From Candidatus Margulisiibacteriota bacterium (GTDB lineage: Bacteria > Margulisbacteria > WOR-1 > O2-12-FULL-45-9): a DNA stretch of 23,106 bases. The notes under the pieces are model-generated. The model made no database searches and had not been told where the DNA came from. It worked only from the letters and a program-made list of their open reading frames with translations. Location of the stretch: the NCBI GenBank assembly GCA_043816785.1, contig JBDRHP010000024.1, positions 1 through 23,106 of the forward strand, read 5' to 3'. The first letter of the stretch is position 1, and every line of letters begins with the position of its first letter. Of this stretch, positions 6,251 through 16,009 are shown in pieces. The translations under genes and the position numbers were made by a program.

Positions 6251-6514
6251 TCACCTCCCGATAACTTTATAAGCTGTTTCGCCCTTTTTTATCAAACCCA
6301 GGCGGGTTCTGGCCAAGCTTTCAACATAGCTGTCATTTTGTAAAGCCTTGAGCCGGTTGGCTAAGCTTTTAGCCTGAACCTCTGCCTGTTGAATGCTCGT
6401 AGCCGCTCGATGCTTCTCCCGCTTCAGTTCCAAGCTGTCAATTATATCCTGCCGAATGAGAAAAATAAAGTAAAGAATTAACAAAACAAACAACAAAACG
6501 CCAAATTTTTTCAT
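6251..6514 (-). CDS. Septum formation initiator DivIC/FtsB family
   Basis: N-terminal TM helix, coiled coil, then YVESLARTRLGLIKKGET. Confidence 0.88.
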   Translation of the reverse strand: MKKFGVLLFVLLILYFIFLIRQDIIDSLELKREKHRAATSIQQAEVQAKSLANRLKALQNDSYVESLARTRLGLIKKGETAYKVIGR

Positions 6515-6520
6515 AATTGA

Positions 6521-7318
6521 TTAAACCACATAAAATAAGTTCAAATACCAGTTGAGTATCTGCTGGCCAAAGAACAAGGCAACCAAGCCTCCGCTGACCA
6601 AGGCCGGCCCAAAGGGAACATAATCACCCATTTTTAATTTGCCAGCGGCCAACAGCACCAGGGAAACGACCCCGGCCAGCAGGTAAGCTAAAAAAACAGC
6701 CAGTAAGAGCTGTTGCCAGCCCAGGCACGCCCCCAGCATAGCTGCCAGAAACAGGTCTCCCTCTCCAATAGCTTCTTTTTTAAATAAAAACTTACCCAGC
6801 GCGCCGATCAAAAAGAACAGCAGGAACCCTAATATTACTCCGGCCAGGGCCGACCAAAAGGGATTTGCCTCACCGGCTTGGGGAAAAGCTAAAGCCCGGG
6901 CTAAGTTATAGAGCAACCCCAGCGAGATTCCGCCAACACTCACCACATCCGGCACCACCATTTGCTCAAGGTCAACAAAGAAAACAATAATTAGCAAGGC
7001 GCTGAAAACCGCGGCAAACCAGAAAGACAGTGACAGCAGGGGAAATTTTATTGCCGCAACAACAAAAAATGCGCCGGTCATAAACTCGACTAGCGGATAG
7101 CGGGAGGAGATCGGCGCTTTACAATAACGGCATTGGCCCCTCAGGAAAAGATAGGTCAGGATTGGCACCAGATCAAAAGCCTTTAGCCTTTGATGGCAAA
7201 GGGGGCAATGTGAAGCGGGAAAGACGATCGACTCGCCGCGCGGCAAACGATGAATACAAACGTTTAAAAAACTGCCAACAATTGTCCCAATTACAAAGAG
7301 CAAAAAAAGATACAACAT
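6521..7318 (-). CDS. pilD: Type IV prepilin peptidase (A24)
   Basis: GSFLNVCIHRLP, two CxxC pairs (CPLC, CRYC), catalytic Asp motifs FVD and GEGD, and VPFGPAL. Confidence 0.93.
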   Translation of the reverse strand: MLYLFLLFVIGTIVGSFLNVCIHRLPRGESIVFPASHCPLCHQRLKAFDLVPILTYLFLRGQCRYCKAPISSRYPLVEFMTGAFFVVAAIKFPLLSLSFWFAAVFSALLIIVFFVDLEQMVVPDVVSVGGISLGLLYNLARALAFPQAGEANPFWSALAGVILGFLLFFLIGALGKFLFKKEAIGEGDLFLAAMLGACLGWQQLLLAVFLAYLLAGVVSLVLLAAGKLKMGDYVPFGPALVSGGLVALFFGQQILNWYLNLFYVV

Positions 7319-7351
7319 TTATTTAGCGTGTAAGCAGCCAGCTGATCAACC

Positions 7352-7380
7352 TTGACATTAAGATAAGGAAATTATATAGT
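7352..7380 (+). promoter_or_regulatory. Sigma70-type promoter for the pilT-lipA-... operon
   Basis: TTGACA (7352-7357), 17-nt spacer, TATAGT (7375-7380); GGGGAG SD before ATG7417. Confidence 0.7.
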
Positions 7381-7416
7381 AATTCCGAACCAAAGTCAAA
7401 ACAGGGGAGAACTAAT

Positions 7417-8499
7417 ATGGACATAAAAGACTTACTGCTGAAATTGAACCAAACTAAAGCCTCGGACCTGCTGTTGGTCGCCGGCCACCCACCCTTGCTC
7501 AGGATCGACAATCTTTTGCACAAACAAGGAGATCAAAAACTTTCTGCCGATGATGTTAAAGTTTTGCTGGAAGAACTCCTGTCTAAAGGCGCGCTTAAAG
7601 AATTTGAGAACTGGAAAGAACTGGACACTGCGGCCGAAGACCAGCAAAGCCGCTACCGGGTAAACCTCCACTATCAGCTGGGCACCATTGGCGCAACCAT
7701 TAGGCGAGTGCCCAGAGAGATCCCCCTGCTGGAAGAGCTGGGGCTGCCTAAGATCATTAAGACTTTTACGACTTTGGAAAGAGGCCTGATCCTGGTAACC
7801 GGGCCAACCGGCTGCGGAAAATCAACCACCCAGGCCGCCATGATCAATGAAATAAATTCCACCCGCTCCTGCCATATCATTACCATTGAAGACCCAATTG
7901 AATTTGTTCACTCGCCCAAACAATCCGTTATTGAACAGCGCGAAGTAGGTTTGGATACGATCTCTTTTGCCGAGGCGCTCAAGCGGGTCCTGCGTCAAAT
8001 CCCGGACGTCATCCTGGTCGGTGAAATGAGAGACCTGGAATCCATTCAGATGGCCATTACTGCCGCGGAAACCGGCCACCTGGTCATCTCCACCCTTCAT
8101 ACCCAGGACGCGGTCCAGTCAATTGATCGGATTATTGACGTCTTCCCGCCCCACCAGCAGGCGCAAATCCGCTCCATGCTTTCATTGACCCTGCAGGTGA
8201 TCATCTCGCAACAACTGATCCCCAGAAAAGACGGCAAAGGACTGGCGCTGGCCCATGAGCTCATGATCAGCACCCCGGCCATCCGCAATATCATTCGCAA
8301 AGGCGCCAACCAGGATATTTATTCCATGATCGAACTGGGCACTCAGCATGGCATGGTCACCATGGACGCCTCGATCACCAAACTGTATCGACAGGGAACG
8401 ATCAGCAAAGAAGACGCTATCAATTACGCTATCAATCGAGAAAGACTGGAAAAACTATTAAGTGGCACTGCCAAACTTCCTGGTCAAAAGAATCCCTAA
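7417..8499 (+). CDS. pilT: Type IV pilus retraction ATPase
   Basis: ASDL, GPTGCGKSTT, TIEDPIE, PDVILVGEMRD, AAETGHLVISTLHT and the PilT signature AIRNIIR. Confidence 0.92.
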   Translation: MDIKDLLLKLNQTKASDLLLVAGHPPLLRIDNLLHKQGDQKLSADDVKVLLEELLSKGALKEFENWKELDTAAEDQQSRYRVNLHYQLGTIGATIRRVPREIPLLEELGLPKIIKTFTTLERGLILVTGPTGCGKSTTQAAMINEINSTRSCHIITIEDPIEFVHSPKQSVIEQREVGLDTISFAEALKRVLRQIPDVILVGEMRDLESIQMAITAAETGHLVISTLHTQDAVQSIDRIIDVFPPHQQAQIRSMLSLTLQVIISQQLIPRKDGKGLALAHELMISTPAIRNIIRKGANQDIYSMIELGTQHGMVTMDASITKLYRQGTISKEDAINYAINRERLEKLLSGTAKLPGQKNP

Positions 8500-9340
8500 A
8501 CAAGAGAATATTCGCCGTCTTCGCCAATTGATCAGCGACTGCGATATTTCAACTGTTTGCGAATCCGCCAAATGCCCCAACATAGGCGAGTGCTTTTCTC
8601 GTGACACGCTAACCTTTATGATCCTGGGCAAGATTTGCACACGCAGCTGCCGGTTTTGCGGAGTTGAAAAAGGGAGTCCTCTTGCCCCGGATCCGGAAGA
8701 GCCAAAAAGAATCAGCCGGGCCGTTGACAAATTAGGGTTAGCCTATGTAGTGGTCACGTCTGTGACCAGGGACGATCTTCCGGATGGCGGGGCAGAGCAT
8801 TTTAAAAATGTAGGGACAGCCCTTGTGGCTGTCCGAAATAATTCACGGACAGGGACAAGCCCTGTCCCTCCATTAAAAATCGAATTTCTCATCCCTGATT
8901 TTCAGGGCAATGAGGATGCCTTAAGAAGCGTCCTGGACGCAAAACCTTACGTGCTAAACCATAATGTTGAAACCGTTCCCCGGCTCTACAAGTTTGTCCG
9001 GCCGCAAGCTGTTTACCAGCGCTCTTTGGCATTGCTTAAGCTGGCCAAACGCCAAAAAGGAACAGTTTACACAAAAAGCGGATTTATGGTAGGATTAGGC
9101 GAGGATAAGCAGGAAGTCTTTGGCGTCTTAAATGACCTAAAAGACGCGGGCTGCGACATCGTAACCATTGGGCAATATCTGCCGCCAACAAAAGATCACC
9201 CAAAAGCGGCCAGGTATGTACACCCCGATGAGTTTAATGAGTATAAACTGGCCGGGGCAAAAATAGGGCTAAAAGTTTTTGCCGGCCCTTTTGTCAGAAG
9301 CTCGTTCCAGGCTAAAGAATCCTTGGAAGGACTAATATGA
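8462..9340 (+). CDS. lipA: Lipoyl synthase (radical SAM)
   Basis: CX4CX5C (CESAKCPNIGEC), CX3CX2C (CTRSCRFC), VTSVTRDDL, NHNVETV, GQYL and RSSF. Confidence 0.96.
   Translation: MALPNFLVKRIPKQENIRRLRQLISDCDISTVCESAKCPNIGECFSRDTLTFMILGKICTRSCRFCGVEKGSPLAPDPEEPKRISRAVDKLGLAYVVVTSVTRDDLPDGGAEHFKNVGTALVAVRNNSRTGTSPVPPLKIEFLIPDFQGNEDALRSVLDAKPYVLNHNVETVPRLYKFVRPQAVYQRSLALLKLAKRQKGTVYTKSGFMVGLGEDKQEVFGVLNDLKDAGCDIVTIGQYLPPTKDHPKAARYVHPDEFNEYKLAGAKIGLKVFAGPFVRSSFQAKESLEGLI
8810..8871. repeat. Inverted REP doublet (REPIN/BIME-like) inside lipA
   Basis: GTAGGGACAGCCCTTGTGGCTGTCCG (8810-8835), a 10-nt spacer, then an inverted copy at 8846-8871 (21/26 identical). Each unit has an 8-bp internal stem. 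Confidence 0.85.
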
Positions 9341-10512
9341 AAATAGAAGAAGCGCAACGTCTATCAAAGCTACCCATTTATGTTTTTGCCTTGCTCGATA
9401 AACTTAAGGCCGATGAACGCGCCAAAGGCAAGGACCTGATCGACCTGACCATTGGCTCACCCAGTCACCTGCCGCCAAAAGAAGCTATCGCAGCCTTGAT
9501 CAAAGCCTTGGAAGATCCCAAGAGCCATAAATATTCTTCTTTTGAAGGCGACCCTGAATTTATTGACGCGGTTTGCCAGTGGTGCAAACAGCAATACAGC
9601 ATTAACATCCACAAAGATGAAGTCGTGACCTTAGTTGGCAGCAAAGAAGGGTTGGCGCATTTTTACCTGGCGTTCCTTAACCCAGGCGACACGCTGCTGG
9701 TGCCCCTGCCCATGTATCCCTCCCACTTTCGCGGACCAGTACTAACCGGCGCAGAGCCCATTGTCCTGCCTACAGTAGAAAAGAACGGCTTTCTTCCAGA
9801 GCTAGACATAATCGATAAAAGCATTGCTGATAAAGCTAAGATCTTATCGCTATCCTATCCAACTAATCCTACAGCAGCAACCGCTCCCCGGGAATTTTTT
9901 GAAAAAGCTGTGCGCTTTGCCAAGAAACACAACCTGATCCTGATTCATGATTTTGCCTACGCGGAATTGTATTTTGAAGGACAAAAACCCATTTCCTGTT
10001 TATCTGTACCAGGCGCCAAAGACGTCTGCATCGAATTCCACAGTCTTTCCAAGACCTTTGGCATGGCCGGCTGGCGCCTCGGCTTTGCCGTAGGCAATAA
10101 GCAACTGATCAATGCCCTAAAAAATATCAAGACCAATCTTGACTACGGCCCCTTTGCTGCCACGGTAAACGCCGGGACCGCTGCCCTTAAAGTTGGGGAC
10201 AATTATCTTGATGAAATGCGCCAGTCGTATCAAAGAAAAAGAGATATCGCGGTCAACGGCTTAAACTCATTAGGCTGGCAACTAAAAAAACCCCTGGCCA
10301 CTTTCTATCTCTGGGTGCCGGTTCCTTCTGGCTTTAACGCCATGTCGTTCGTCGAGCACCTGATGCATAAAGCTGACGTGGCCGTATCTCCGGGGATTGG
10401 GTTTGGCGATCTCGGCGAAGGCTATGTCCGGTTCGCCTTAGTTGAAACGGACGAAAAGATCGCCGAAGCCATCTCCCGCATGAAAAAAGCGGGGATCAAG
10501 TACAATGGTTAA
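9337..10512 (+). CDS. Class I/II PLP aminotransferase (LL-diaminopimelate aminotransferase-like)
   Basis: GSKEG, YPTNPT, DFAY, SLSKTFGMAGWRLG (PLP lysine) and GYVRFAL. Substrate is uncertain. Confidence 0.88.
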   Translation: MKIEEAQRLSKLPIYVFALLDKLKADERAKGKDLIDLTIGSPSHLPPKEAIAALIKALEDPKSHKYSSFEGDPEFIDAVCQWCKQQYSINIHKDEVVTLVGSKEGLAHFYLAFLNPGDTLLVPLPMYPSHFRGPVLTGAEPIVLPTVEKNGFLPELDIIDKSIADKAKILSLSYPTNPTAATAPREFFEKAVRFAKKHNLILIHDFAYAELYFEGQKPISCLSVPGAKDVCIEFHSLSKTFGMAGWRLGFAVGNKQLINALKNIKTNLDYGPFAATVNAGTAALKVGDNYLDEMRQSYQRKRDIAVNGLNSLGWQLKKPLATFYLWVPVPSGFNAMSFVEHLMHKADVAVSPGIGFGDLGEGYVRFALVETDEKIAEAISRMKKAGIKYNG

Positions 10513-11497
10513 GCCCATCATCGGCATCACCATGGGGGACCCGGCCGGCATTGGGCCGGAGATCTGCGCCAAGACTTTGACTGCCTCTGAAATCCAGGTT
10601 ATTGCCAATTGCGTGGTCATCGGCGACCGCAAAGCCATGCGGCAGGCTTTAAAAGTCGCCAAGATCCCTAACATTGAGATCAACCCGATCAAAAAGATTT
10701 CTGAAGCCAAGTTTCACCGAGGCACGCTTGATGTGCTGGATTTAAAAAACGTCAGTCCCCGCCTCAAGGTGGGACAGGTTTCCAAAGCCGCGGGCAAGGC
10801 AGCGATTGAATATATTGAAAAGGCCATTCGGCTGGCTAAAGACGGCAAGATCGACGCCATTGCCACGGCTCCGATAAATAAAGAAGCGATGCGCAAAGCC
10901 GGCTACAAGTTTCAGGGCCACACCGAGCTGCTGGCCGCCCGGACCAAAGCCAAGAATTACGCCATGATGTTTGTTTCAGACACTCTCTGGATCATGCTGG
11001 TCACCACCCATTTGCCGCTCAAAGATGTCAGCAAGCACCTGGATAAGAATAAGATAGTTAAAAGAATTAAATTAGCCCACGAAACCCTGTTTAAGCTTAG
11101 AGAAAAGAAGCCCCGGATCGGGGTGGCCGGTCTTAATCCTCACGCGGGAGAAGCCGGCCTGTTTGGCGACGAAGAAATTAAGATCATTAAACCAGCTGTA
11201 GACGAAGCCAGAAAGCTGGGCATCAATGTCAAAGGCCCGATTTCTCCGGATGCAATTTTTTATTTGGCTAATATCGGCATGTTCGACATTGTTATCGCCA
11301 TGTACCATGATCAGGGGCTGATCCCGCTCAAGCTTTTGTCATTTAACAAATCGGTGAACGTAACTGTGGGGCTGCCGATCATTCGCACTTCGGTTGACCA
11401 TGGCACAGGCTTTGATATTGCTGGCAAAGGCTGGGCCAACCCCCAGAGTCTATTCGAAGCGATCAAGGTTGCCGCCCATTTTGCCCAACATAAATGA
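10505..11497 (+). CDS. pdxA: 4-hydroxythreonine-4-phosphate dehydrogenase
   Basis: TMGDPAGIGPE, GHTE, LNPHAGE, MYHDQG and RTSVDHGT; adjacent to rsmA. Confidence 0.93.
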   Translation: MVKPIIGITMGDPAGIGPEICAKTLTASEIQVIANCVVIGDRKAMRQALKVAKIPNIEINPIKKISEAKFHRGTLDVLDLKNVSPRLKVGQVSKAAGKAAIEYIEKAIRLAKDGKIDAIATAPINKEAMRKAGYKFQGHTELLAARTKAKNYAMMFVSDTLWIMLVTTHLPLKDVSKHLDKNKIVKRIKLAHETLFKLREKKPRIGVAGLNPHAGEAGLFGDEEIKIIKPAVDEARKLGINVKGPISPDAIFYLANIGMFDIVIAMYHDQGLIPLKLLSFNKSVNVTVGLPIIRTSVDHGTGFDIAGKGWANPQSLFEAIKVAAHFAQHK

Positions 11498-12312
11498 CCC
11501 CAACGCTTGCTCAGATCACTAGAGAGCTGCTAGCCACTTATAATCGCAATCCGCGCAAACGTTTGGGACAGCATTTTTTGGTTGACCCCGGCGTGCTGCA
11601 AAGGATCATCAGAGCAGCCGATCTTAATCGCGATGATTTAGTCGTAGAAATCGGCTCCGGTCTGGGCGTGATGACTGCGGAAATAGCTAAACTGGTCTAT
11701 CACCTGATTGCCATTGAAATTGATAAAGAGCTGCTCAGCATCAGCAAAGAAATACTAAAACCATTCCAGAATATAACCTTTGTTCCAAATGATATCTTAA
11801 AAACAAAACTGCATGAACTGACCCTGGGCCGGAGATACAAGATCATCGGCAATCTCCCTTATTATATAACCGCTCCGATCATGGAAAAGATCCTGGAGGC
11901 GCGAGAAAAGCCTGAGCTAGCCGTTCTCATGGTGCAAAAAGAAGTGGCCGAAAGAATGGTTGCCGCGCCCGGCTCTAAAAAGTATGGCTCATTCTCTGTT
12001 TTTGTCCAATATTACGCTGAAGTAGCGCTTAACTCCTTGGTTTCAAAATCATCTTTCCTGCCCTGGCCTGAGGTTGGCTCCGCCCTGGTGGTGCTCAAGC
12101 CATATCAAACTCCAAAGTTTGCGGTCAAAGATGAAAAAAAGTTTTTTGATATTGTCCATGCTGCCTTTCAGCAGAGAAGGAAACAGTTAAGGAATTCCCT
12201 GGCCAAGTATCAACTGGCCAGCGCCGAAATTGATCAACGCCGCCGGCCGGAAACCTTGAGCATTGAAGAATTTGCTAAAATCTCAAATCATTGTGCTATA
12301 ATCCAGTCGTGA
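11494..12312 (+). CDS. rsmA: 16S rRNA m6,2A1518/1519 dimethyltransferase
   Basis: LGQHFL, EIGSGLG, IEID, GNLPYYIT, MVQKEVAER and RRKQLRN. Confidence 0.96.
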   Translation: MTPTLAQITRELLATYNRNPRKRLGQHFLVDPGVLQRIIRAADLNRDDLVVEIGSGLGVMTAEIAKLVYHLIAIEIDKELLSISKEILKPFQNITFVPNDILKTKLHELTLGRRYKIIGNLPYYITAPIMEKILEAREKPELAVLMVQKEVAERMVAAPGSKKYGSFSVFVQYYAEVALNSLVSKSSFLPWPEVGSALVVLKPYQTPKFAVKDEKKFFDIVHAAFQQRRKQLRNSLAKYQLASAEIDQRRRPETLSIEEFAKISNHCAIIQS

Positions 12313-14198
12313 AGAAGCTTGTTGTTCTGCTGTTCCTGGGTATTTTTTGCAGCTCGGCTTTTGGCAGCCTGCTAAGCCTGCCCTCCGGCCGAACCTTAGA
12401 ACACGGCCAGGCAATCCTCGGCGCAAGCTTTGCTTATCCCCACAATGTTTATTATGCCAGCCTGGGTTATTTTGACTTATTAGAGGTTACCTTTAAGCTC
12501 ACCGACGTGCTAACTTACGATCTATCACAAATCGACCCGTCCTGGGCCGGGTTTGGCACTTTTAAAGACAGAGCCATGGATCTAAAGCTGCGGATCATGC
12601 CGGAAACAAAATTATTGCCTGCGCTATCAGTTGGCGCGCAGGATGTGCTAGGGACCAAAGTTTTCCCTGCTTCATACGCCGTGGCTTCCAAACAGCTGGG
12701 CTGGCTGGATCTTACCCTGGGCTACGGCACTGAATCGCTGGCCGGCTGGTTTGGCGGAGTTCAGCTAAAACTGGCCGGAGACCGGTTTAGCCTGATCTAT
12801 GAAGCTAATCAGAGCGGCTTAAAAACCGCCCCTACCGGGTTTTATCCCAGGTATTCAGTCCTTGGGGCGCGCTTCAAGCCAGCTTATAATTTGCAAATAG
12901 ATGTGGCAACAGATAATAATCAACAGTTAATGGTCAACGGCGCGCTGGCGATCCCCTTGGACAAACATTTGTTCCCCTGGAGCAAAGACAAGATCTTTGC
13001 TGAAGACATCGAAGAAAAAGATTACGCGCATGTTGACCAATTTGCGGTCTTAAGCAAGATATTCTTGTACGCGCTCCAGGAAGGATTTATTAATCTGGCA
13101 GCAGATCTGACCCCGGATTACCTGAGCGTTGAATATGAAAATACCCATTATTTCTCAGACGTAAAAGCCCTGGGCCGCATGATGCGCCTGGCTTTTGGTT
13201 CTGCCCCAACTAACGTAAACAAAGCCTATTTTATTCCTAAGGTAAAAAACGTCCGTGTTTTGATCATTGAGGTTGACCGGAATAAATACCTTGATTACAT
13301 GTTTGACAAGATTTCAGATAAAGAATTTGCCAACAGTTTAGTCTTTTACGACCCAGCGGAGTTTAAAAAAGAGGGCGCTTACAAAAAGCCCAAAACCAGG
13401 CAGCGCTTTTACCGGGGCTGGGGCCTCTTGCCCGGTCTGGAAAACCGCTTCGGGGACCGGGATAATTTCTATAAGGCCAGGTTAGGCGTGGATGTATGGG
13501 GCTATGCCGAGCTCTGGAACGGCGCCAGCCTTTATGGCATCGTCAAGGTGCCCTTTTATAACAACATAAACGCGGCGTATAAGAATTTAAATACGCGCCT
13601 TTATTACGGCTCTCTGGCGCAATTTTTAAGCTTGGGCCGCGGGCTTTACGGGAATGTTCAAGTCGGGTTTTTGACTGAAAACTTTTTTGGGGCAAACCTG
13701 GAGCTCTTGAAACTAATTGCCAACGAGCGGCTGGGCTTTGGCTTAGACTATACAAACGTTTTTGCCAGGGATGAGCATGAGTTTATTGCCACGGATTTTA
13801 ACCTGAATTACTACAGCCTGATGGGCTCCAGCTACTTAAAGCTGCCGGAATTAGGCTTTGACGCGGCGCTAAAAGTAGGACGATTTATTTTTGGGGATGT
13901 GGGGTATCGTTTTGAAGTTAACCGCCGTTTTGCTGACGCTAATGTCGCCTTTTGGTACAGCCGAACTGATTTTGGGGATATTTACGGCAGCCAGGACTAT
14001 GATGACAAGGGAGTTATTGTTTCTATCCCGATGAATATCTTTTATCAGAATGATTCCAAAGACACCTTTTATACGGCTTTTGCTCCCTGGGGAACTTACG
14101 CGGGCTATCTCGTCTCTTCTGGCAGCCCAATTTTATCCACTTTAAAAGAAATTAATCCTGTAGAGATCAGGGCCTTGATTCACAAGGTTAAACTTTAG
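12309..14198 (+). CDS. YjbH-like outer-membrane beta-barrel protein
   Basis: Signal peptide from GTG12309 (GTGA overlap with rsmA). DRAMDLKLRI..E..LLPALSVGAQDVLGT...YAVASK and DKGVIVSIP resemble YjbH; aromatic-rich amphipathic strands. Confidence 0.72.
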   Translation: MKKLVVLLFLGIFCSSAFGSLLSLPSGRTLEHGQAILGASFAYPHNVYYASLGYFDLLEVTFKLTDVLTYDLSQIDPSWAGFGTFKDRAMDLKLRIMPETKLLPALSVGAQDVLGTKVFPASYAVASKQLGWLDLTLGYGTESLAGWFGGVQLKLAGDRFSLIYEANQSGLKTAPTGFYPRYSVLGARFKPAYNLQIDVATDNNQQLMVNGALAIPLDKHLFPWSKDKIFAEDIEEKDYAHVDQFAVLSKIFLYALQEGFINLAADLTPDYLSVEYENTHYFSDVKALGRMMRLAFGSAPTNVNKAYFIPKVKNVRVLIIEVDRNKYLDYMFDKISDKEFANSLVFYDPAEFKKEGAYKKPKTRQRFYRGWGLLPGLENRFGDRDNFYKARLGVDVWGYAELWNGASLYGIVKVPFYNNINAAYKNLNTRLYYGSLAQFLSLGRGLYGNVQVGFLTENFFGANLELLKLIANERLGFGLDYTNVFARDEHEFIATDFNLNYYSLMGSSYLKLPELGFDAALKVGRFIFGDVGYRFEVNRRFADANVAFWYSRTDFGDIYGSQDYDDKGVIVSIPMNIFYQNDSKDTFYTAFAPWGTYAGYLVSSGSPILSTLKEINPVEIRALIHKVKL

Positions 14199-15022
14199 CG
14201 GCCGATTGTCGTATAATGAGGTAATTCCTTATGGCCTGGCGCGGGATACGACACATCAATAACATTTTTGTTTTCTGGAACAACTTCCCGCTGATCATAA
14301 TAGCTGGGGTCAATAGGAGCGGTTCGCTCTGGGATATCAACGTTCCTAGTTTGTTCTAACTGCTCTTCTTTACGGATGTCCACATATTCATATTTTTTTT
14401 CTTTTAATGTTTCCCTGTCATTGGTCGGCGCTGTTACTATCTTTTCTACCTGCTCATCAACTTGACGATAATCCGGGTCTATTTTGATCCGAGATTTGAA
14501 CTCGCGGTCCTCTACCTGGACAGGCGGCTCAATCGGCCTGGTCTCAACTTGTGGCGCAGGTTCTTTGACTGGGACCAACTGCTCAGGTTTGTTTTCAACC
14601 ATTGGCGCGTCAGGCAAGGACCGGACCGGCGCCTCTAGATCAGCGCTAGCAGCAGGGGTTTTTGCCGCGGGTTTCTCAGCTAAGTCCGCTTCTGAGACGT
14701 CTTCAACAAATCCGACCAAAAGACTATTGTTTTCTGTTAAGATTTCCTCTTTCTCTCCATCATCAGCGCTAAGTGTTATTTCAACAGGAATAAGTATGAT
14801 CTCTTCAGAGAATGCACATTCGAATTTTACAGGGTCAAATACAATCGGTTGGCTGGAATTTGCCACAGCCGCCTTGTCAGTTTTTTGGGCGATAGAAAAC
14901 ACTCCGGGTTTGGCAACTTGCTCCTGATTGGGGATTATTACTGCGGCAGAAGCTGTAGCTAGCAGGCATAAACAAACTAAAACTCCAAGGATTTTAATTA
15001 GGCGGTCATCATGTTGACTCAT
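14195..15022 (-). CDS. Exported hypothetical protein, acidic and Pro-rich
   Basis: AAGGAG SD (15036-15031), signal peptide ending ASA, and a low-complexity E/P/V middle region. Confidence 0.75.
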   Translation of the reverse strand: MSQHDDRLIKILGVLVCLCLLATASAAVIIPNQEQVAKPGVFSIAQKTDKAAVANSSQPIVFDPVKFECAFSEEIILIPVEITLSADDGEKEEILTENNSLLVGFVEDVSEADLAEKPAAKTPAASADLEAPVRSLPDAPMVENKPEQLVPVKEPAPQVETRPIEPPVQVEDREFKSRIKIDPDYRQVDEQVEKIVTAPTNDRETLKEKKYEYVDIRKEEQLEQTRNVDIPERTAPIDPSYYDQREVVPENKNVIDVSYPAPGHKELPHYTTIGR

Positions 15023-15053
15023 AATCGCAGCTCCTTTGTGTCTCGCACCTATA

Positions 15054-15080
15054 TTATCGTGTTAGAAAGCTAAAAACTTG
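15054..15080 (-). promoter_or_regulatory. Candidate sigma-28 (FliA-type) promoter
   Basis: Minus strand CAAG(TTT)-N15-CACGATAA versus the consensus TAAA-N15-GCCGATAA. Confidence 0.5.
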
Positions 15081-15166
15081 TATGTTTTTCCTCAAAATCA
15101 GCAGTAAAGAATTGTAAAATTCACTAAATTCTGCTAATCTATGCCTGGTATCAGGACCAGCTAAAT

Positions 15167-16009
15167 ATGCGTGAAATTGTCGCAAAAAAGATAACGGAAA
15201 CAGTTAAGAAATTGTGCATTGAGGCCAACACCAACCTTTCAGAGGATGTGCTAGAGGCGCTCAATAAAGCTTTAAGCAAGGAAGAATCCCCAACCGGAAG
15301 AGAAATCCTTCGTCAGCTCATCAATAATGCTAAAATCGCCTGGCGTGACAAACTGGCGCTCTGCCAGGACACAGGCACGGCCATCGTCTTTATTGAGCTT
15401 GGTCAGGATGTCCGGATCATCGAGGGGCTGCTGCCGGAAGCAGTTAACGAAGGCGTAAGCCGCGGCTACCACCAGGGCTATTTAAGAAAATCAATGGTCA
15501 GGGATCCTTTGACCCGCAAAAATACCGGAGATAACACTCCGGCTATTATTCACACGGAAATCGTGCCTGGAGAGAACATTAAGATCAAGGTTTTAACCAA
15601 GGGCGGCGGGGCTGAAAACTGCAGCGTCATCAAAATGTTTAAACCCTCTTCCCTGCCAGCAGAGATCGAAGATTTCATTATAGAAACCGTGGAAAAAGCC
15701 GGGCCAAACGCCTGCCCGCCGGTCATTGTTGGCGTTGGCATTGGCGGGACTTTTGATTATGTCGCGACCCTGGCCAAGAAAGCCCTTTTGCGCCAGGTTG
15801 GCATGCATAACAGCGCGCATGATACTGCCAAGTGGGAAAAAGAAATCCTGGAAAAGATTAATAAAACAGGCATTGGCCCAATGGGCCTGGGCGGCAGGAC
15901 CACTGCTTTGGCAGTCAATATTGAAAAATATCCTTGCCACATTTCCAGCTTGCCAGTGGCAGTAAATATTCAATGTCACGCCCACCGCTCCAAAGAGGCA
16001 GTTATCTAA
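15167..16009 (+). CDS. Fe-S hydro-lyase alpha subunit (class I fumarate hydratase / tartrate dehydratase)
   Basis: LCQDTG, GYLRKS, NTGDNTP, KGGGAEN, ACPP.IVGVGIGG and QCHAHR. Confidence 0.93.
   Translation: MREIVAKKITETVKKLCIEANTNLSEDVLEALNKALSKEESPTGREILRQLINNAKIAWRDKLALCQDTGTAIVFIELGQDVRIIEGLLPEAVNEGVSRGYHQGYLRKSMVRDPLTRKNTGDNTPAIIHTEIVPGENIKIKVLTKGGGAENCSVIKMFKPSSLPAEIEDFIIETVEKAGPNACPPVIVGVGIGGTFDYVATLAKKALLRQVGMHNSAHDTAKWEKEILEKINKTGIGPMGLGGRTTALAVNIEKYPCHISSLPVAVNIQCHAHRSKEAVI

Noticed and set aside
8462..8499. 38-nt pilT/lipA overlap as a frameshift or fusion signal
   Set aside because: Both proteins look complete and the pilT tail is non-conserved; no slippery site was seen.
15934..16008. 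Longer start for the fumarate hydratase beta subunit
   Set aside because: It overlaps the alpha subunit's conserved C-terminus; ATG16009 gives standard TAATG coupling.
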